From the NCBI RefSeq assembly GCF_000315625.1, contig NW_005434667.1, positions 673,061 to 737,060 of the forward strand: a stretch of 64,000 nt of DNA, read 5' to 3'. The notes below the pieces were generated by a model, which saw only the letters and a list, made by a program, of their open reading frames with translations, was not told the origin of the DNA and searched no databases. A program made the translations under genes and the position numbers. Origin of the DNA: Guillardia theta CCMP2712 (Eukaryota > Protista > Cryptophyta). Positions within the stretch are counted from its first letter, which is position 1. Each line of letters begins with the position of its first letter. Shown here in pieces: positions 61,001 to 64,000 of the stretch.

Positions 61001-64000
61001 AGGAAGTCTGCAGTCGGAACTCCAATGTAGTCAACGACGCAAGCTCCATGGCCCGAGCAGCGCTTGGGGCAGAATCCTTCGTAAGGACCCTGGCTGCAGT
61101 CATCTCCGATGTATCGCTCGAAGCACGAGCAGGTGCCATTGATGCAGATCCCGTTGTTGGAGCAGGAGGAGGGGCAAATCTTGATCTCACAACCCGCGCC
61201 TTCCCACATTGGGTCGCAGGAACAATTGCCATACCTACAAGCGCCATGTCCAGAGCAGTTGATCCCGTTGATGAAACCCGGGCATGAGGCAACCAGCGAG
61301 CAATCTACTCCATCGAAACCAGCGTCACAAGAGCAGACCCCGTAGCTGCATGTTCCCCTCCCCGAGCACTCGTTGGGACACCCTCTCGGCGTTGAGCAGT
61401 CGCTTCCTGTCCACTCGAAGTCGCAGGTGCAAACTCCATTCAGGCAGCTCCCATGGCCCGAGCAGTTGAGGGGACAGGAGGAGTAAGAGCTTGAGTTGAC
61501 ACTGCAGTCTTGCCCTGTCCAACCGCTGTCGCAGACACAAGTTTGATTCACGCAAGCTCCACGTGAGCTGCAGTTGTTCATGCACACTGTTGGAGGGGGC
61601 GGGGGAGTTGAACGGACGGAGCAATCAGTACCTTCGAACCCCAGGTCGCACATACAAGAGTAACTGACAGCAAAAGGGTTGGCGTCATTAGAAGAGACAT
61701 TACAGAAGCCATGGCTCGAGCAGTTATTCAGACACCCGTGAACAGAAGAATCGTTCATCCATGTCACATCCATCGAGCAGTTTTCTCCCAACCAACCGAA
61801 GTCGCAGACACAACTGCCGTTCGCACAGACACCATGGCCGGAGCAGTTGTTGCTCTGCAATGCTCCATCCAGCCACTGCCAGCAAAAACTTGCGTTGAGA
61901 TTCAGAGATTGATGCTCACAAGAGATCCCAGCATAACCAGGATCGCACAGACAAGTTCCATTCAGACAGGTCCCATGACCAGAGCAGTTGTGACTCTCCG
62001 AGCAGACCGATCCCCCGTACACATCACACTGACTTCCCGTCCACTGTGCATCACATAGACAACTTTGCGTTGAGTTGAGGCCAGGGACGCAGGTTCCGTG
62101 CCCTCCGCAGTCGAGCGCACAAGAGGCATTCGCATTGACGGAGCAATCCACGCCACCCCACCCGCTATCGCACACGCAGACAGCAGTAGAAACGTTGGTA
62201 GTGCAAACCCCGTGTCCTGAGCAGTCTCTAACGCACCCAGTGACGCTGCAGTCCCCGCCTACCCATCCAAGATCGCAGAGACAGACCCCTACCCGACCCT
62301 CGAGACCTATCTGATGCTGGTAAGACAGCGAGGACGCGTGCTCGTCGAACAGCGGAAGACCGAGAGACGTCGCTGGTACACCCGTGAAGCAGCCAAGGAC
62401 ATAATTCCAGTTCGTCTCGATCGCTTCGACCCCATCGATCACGAACGTGTATGGCAGACTGGAGTCGACTTGCACCGCTGTGCGGACATGGTAACGATAC
62501 GTCCCATCCGCGAGCTGGCGACCATTGCAAACATCGAGTTGGACATCGACGTCCTGCTTTGACCCTGCAAGAGGCCCGTAGATAGGGTATCCGTCCAGCG
62601 CGTAGCCCAGCAGGGTCTCCTGGTTCACCTTGGTGTTGCAGCCAAACAAGGGATGGTGATAGTGCCACATGCCGGTGGAGGAGGCGTGGCCGTAGCAAGG
62701 GACAGCATTGAGCCCTTCCATCGCGTTGCTTCCATCAGTGAGCAGTGGCCCGAAGATAGGGATCCCATTCAGAGCCACTGCAATCATACCATACTTGGGG
62801 AGAGCGAATCTTTTGCCAATGTTTCTTGGGACTGAATGAAGAACGAACCTCCAGCTGAAATCGCAAAGGGGCATGCTTGCACTCGACGCCACAAAGTGGT
62901 TGGGAATTCCGTTCGATATGATCTGACGCCTGTCTGCTGAGTCCAGGATCTCAACATTGCTCTGGTGCAGACTTGGTATTCCAAATAAATCTCGCTCGCA
63001 ATTGTCCACCATGTCCATCTTGCTCTTATACCTTGCATTGTGTAAAGACTGATCGTCGAAGATCCAAATATCAGGAAGGAGATCCGATCCGGACCAAAAC
63101 ACGTTTGCTGCACTGTCGAGACAGGTACCATGTCCGGAGCAGTTGTGCTGTTGCCCTAGCCCGCAAGAGATTGCCGGGAGCGAACAGTCAATAGCATAGT
63201 AGCCAGGGTCGCACTCGCAGGTTCTGTTATTCGTACAAATCCCATGAGCAGAGCAATTGTTGAAACATTGCGAGCTCTCACATCCTAAGCCGGAGAATCC
63301 AAAATCACAGGCACATGTTGCATTCGTGCACAAACCATGGCCACTGCAATTGAATGGACAGTCAACAGGCGAGGTGCAATCTACCCCACTCCATCCGAGA
63401 TCACATATGCATGTTCCGTTTTGACAGCTCCCCCTGCCCGAGCAAGATCCTGCACAAGTGCTGCTCGCAACAAAGATCTCACAACCTATTCCAGTCCATT
63501 GAATGTCGCAAGAGCAAGTCCCATTATTACAGGAGCCATGACCACTGCATGAATTGTAACATGACATAGTGTTACAATCCACACCTTCATAGCCGTTTTG
63601 ACAAGTACAGACTCCATCAGAGCAAGTGCCATGGCCAGAGCAATTGTTATAGCACATCTGATTCGAACAATCGCTTCCAGACCAGCCCAAGTCACAATTA
63701 CATTGCCCTGTACTTGAGTCGCAAATCCCATGTTGAGAACAGTTGTTGAGACACAAAGCTAAGGAACAATCTGGCCCAGTAAACCAGAGATCACATACAC
63801 AAATCCCATCTGCATTTGGAAGGCCTACATGACAACAAAACATCAGCATATGAAGCAGCAAGCAAGTTTTATCTACCATGATTTGAGCACTTTTGTGCAG
63901 CGTCGATCACTTCGCATCCTAACCCCAGATATCCCTTGTCACAAGTACAGATTCCCCCAGGGAGACACAAACCATGACCGCTACAATTCCCTGACCCCAG
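46433..64000 (-). CDS. Giant cell-surface protein: tenascin-type EGF repeats, YHYH, many IPT/TIG repeats, PKD/REJ, GPS-like motif, DxCGVCGG Cys repeats, GPI-like tail (5' end outside window)
   Basis: ORFs 54829-63879, 53405-54844 and 49305-53267 plus short 3' exons. EGF: CSGHGxCxxGxCxCDxGWxGxDC. IPT: ISPSxGPxxGGTxITVxGxGF. REJ: [32 protein letters not shown]: CVSW..WSTQGC..CSCNQT. C-terminus [24 protein letters not shown]...VL*. Confidence 0.85.
47055..47660. repeat. ~600-nt intronic (TCCTAC/TCCTGC)n microsatellite
   Basis: Hexamer array inside an intron of the giant gene. Confidence 0.95.
48918..49030. repeat. Compound tetranucleotide repeat (GAGT)n(GACT)n(GGCT)n, intronic
   Basis: Directly visible. 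Confidence 0.95.

Noticed and set aside
63877-63879. ATG at 63879 as start of the giant protein
   Set aside because: It is followed by a GT..AG intron and preceded by another EGF-coding exon that continues to the window edge

Overview
This is gene-dense eukaryotic nuclear DNA. It has many short (~40-60 nt) GT/GC-AG introns with CTGAC branch points, long microsatellite-filled introns and one 100-N gap. Bipartite signal+transit presequences, a YG[IV]SxKTVRDIW HTH family and a Fanzor remnant suggest a cryptophyte alga such as Guillardia or Hanusia (inference). Genes in order: Hub1/UBL5-domain protein (-); PDE12 spliced in frame to a degenerate YrdC domain (+); alpha/beta hydrolase (-); WDR5 (+); ankyrin protein (-); CID/RPRD1-like protein (+); scramblase with a WW insert (-); coiled-coil/RasGAP-like/5xPDZ protein (+); guanylate kinase (-); HTH protein 1 (+); K/S/E-rich protein (+); tandem formin with F-box and UBL-like domains (-); 5'-truncated Fanzor with structured omegaRNA-like 3' region and CACTA end (-); HTH protein 2 (+); TPR protein (+); ankyrin/Zn-finger protein (-); plastid EngB GTPase (+); plastid DnaJ (+); and a giant EGF/YHYH/IPT/REJ/GPS surface protein (-, starts beyond the window). 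Most notable: (1) four unrelated signal-peptide proteins carry a ubiquitin C-terminus mimic (LxLRGG-like) at the end of their presequence, while the two Phe-motif stromal proteins do not; (2) the Fanzor/omegaRNA/CACTA end; (3) the PDE12-pseudoYrdC fusion; (4) the double-FH2 formin with an F-box. All gene models and splice sites were read by eye and have not been checked against RNA data.
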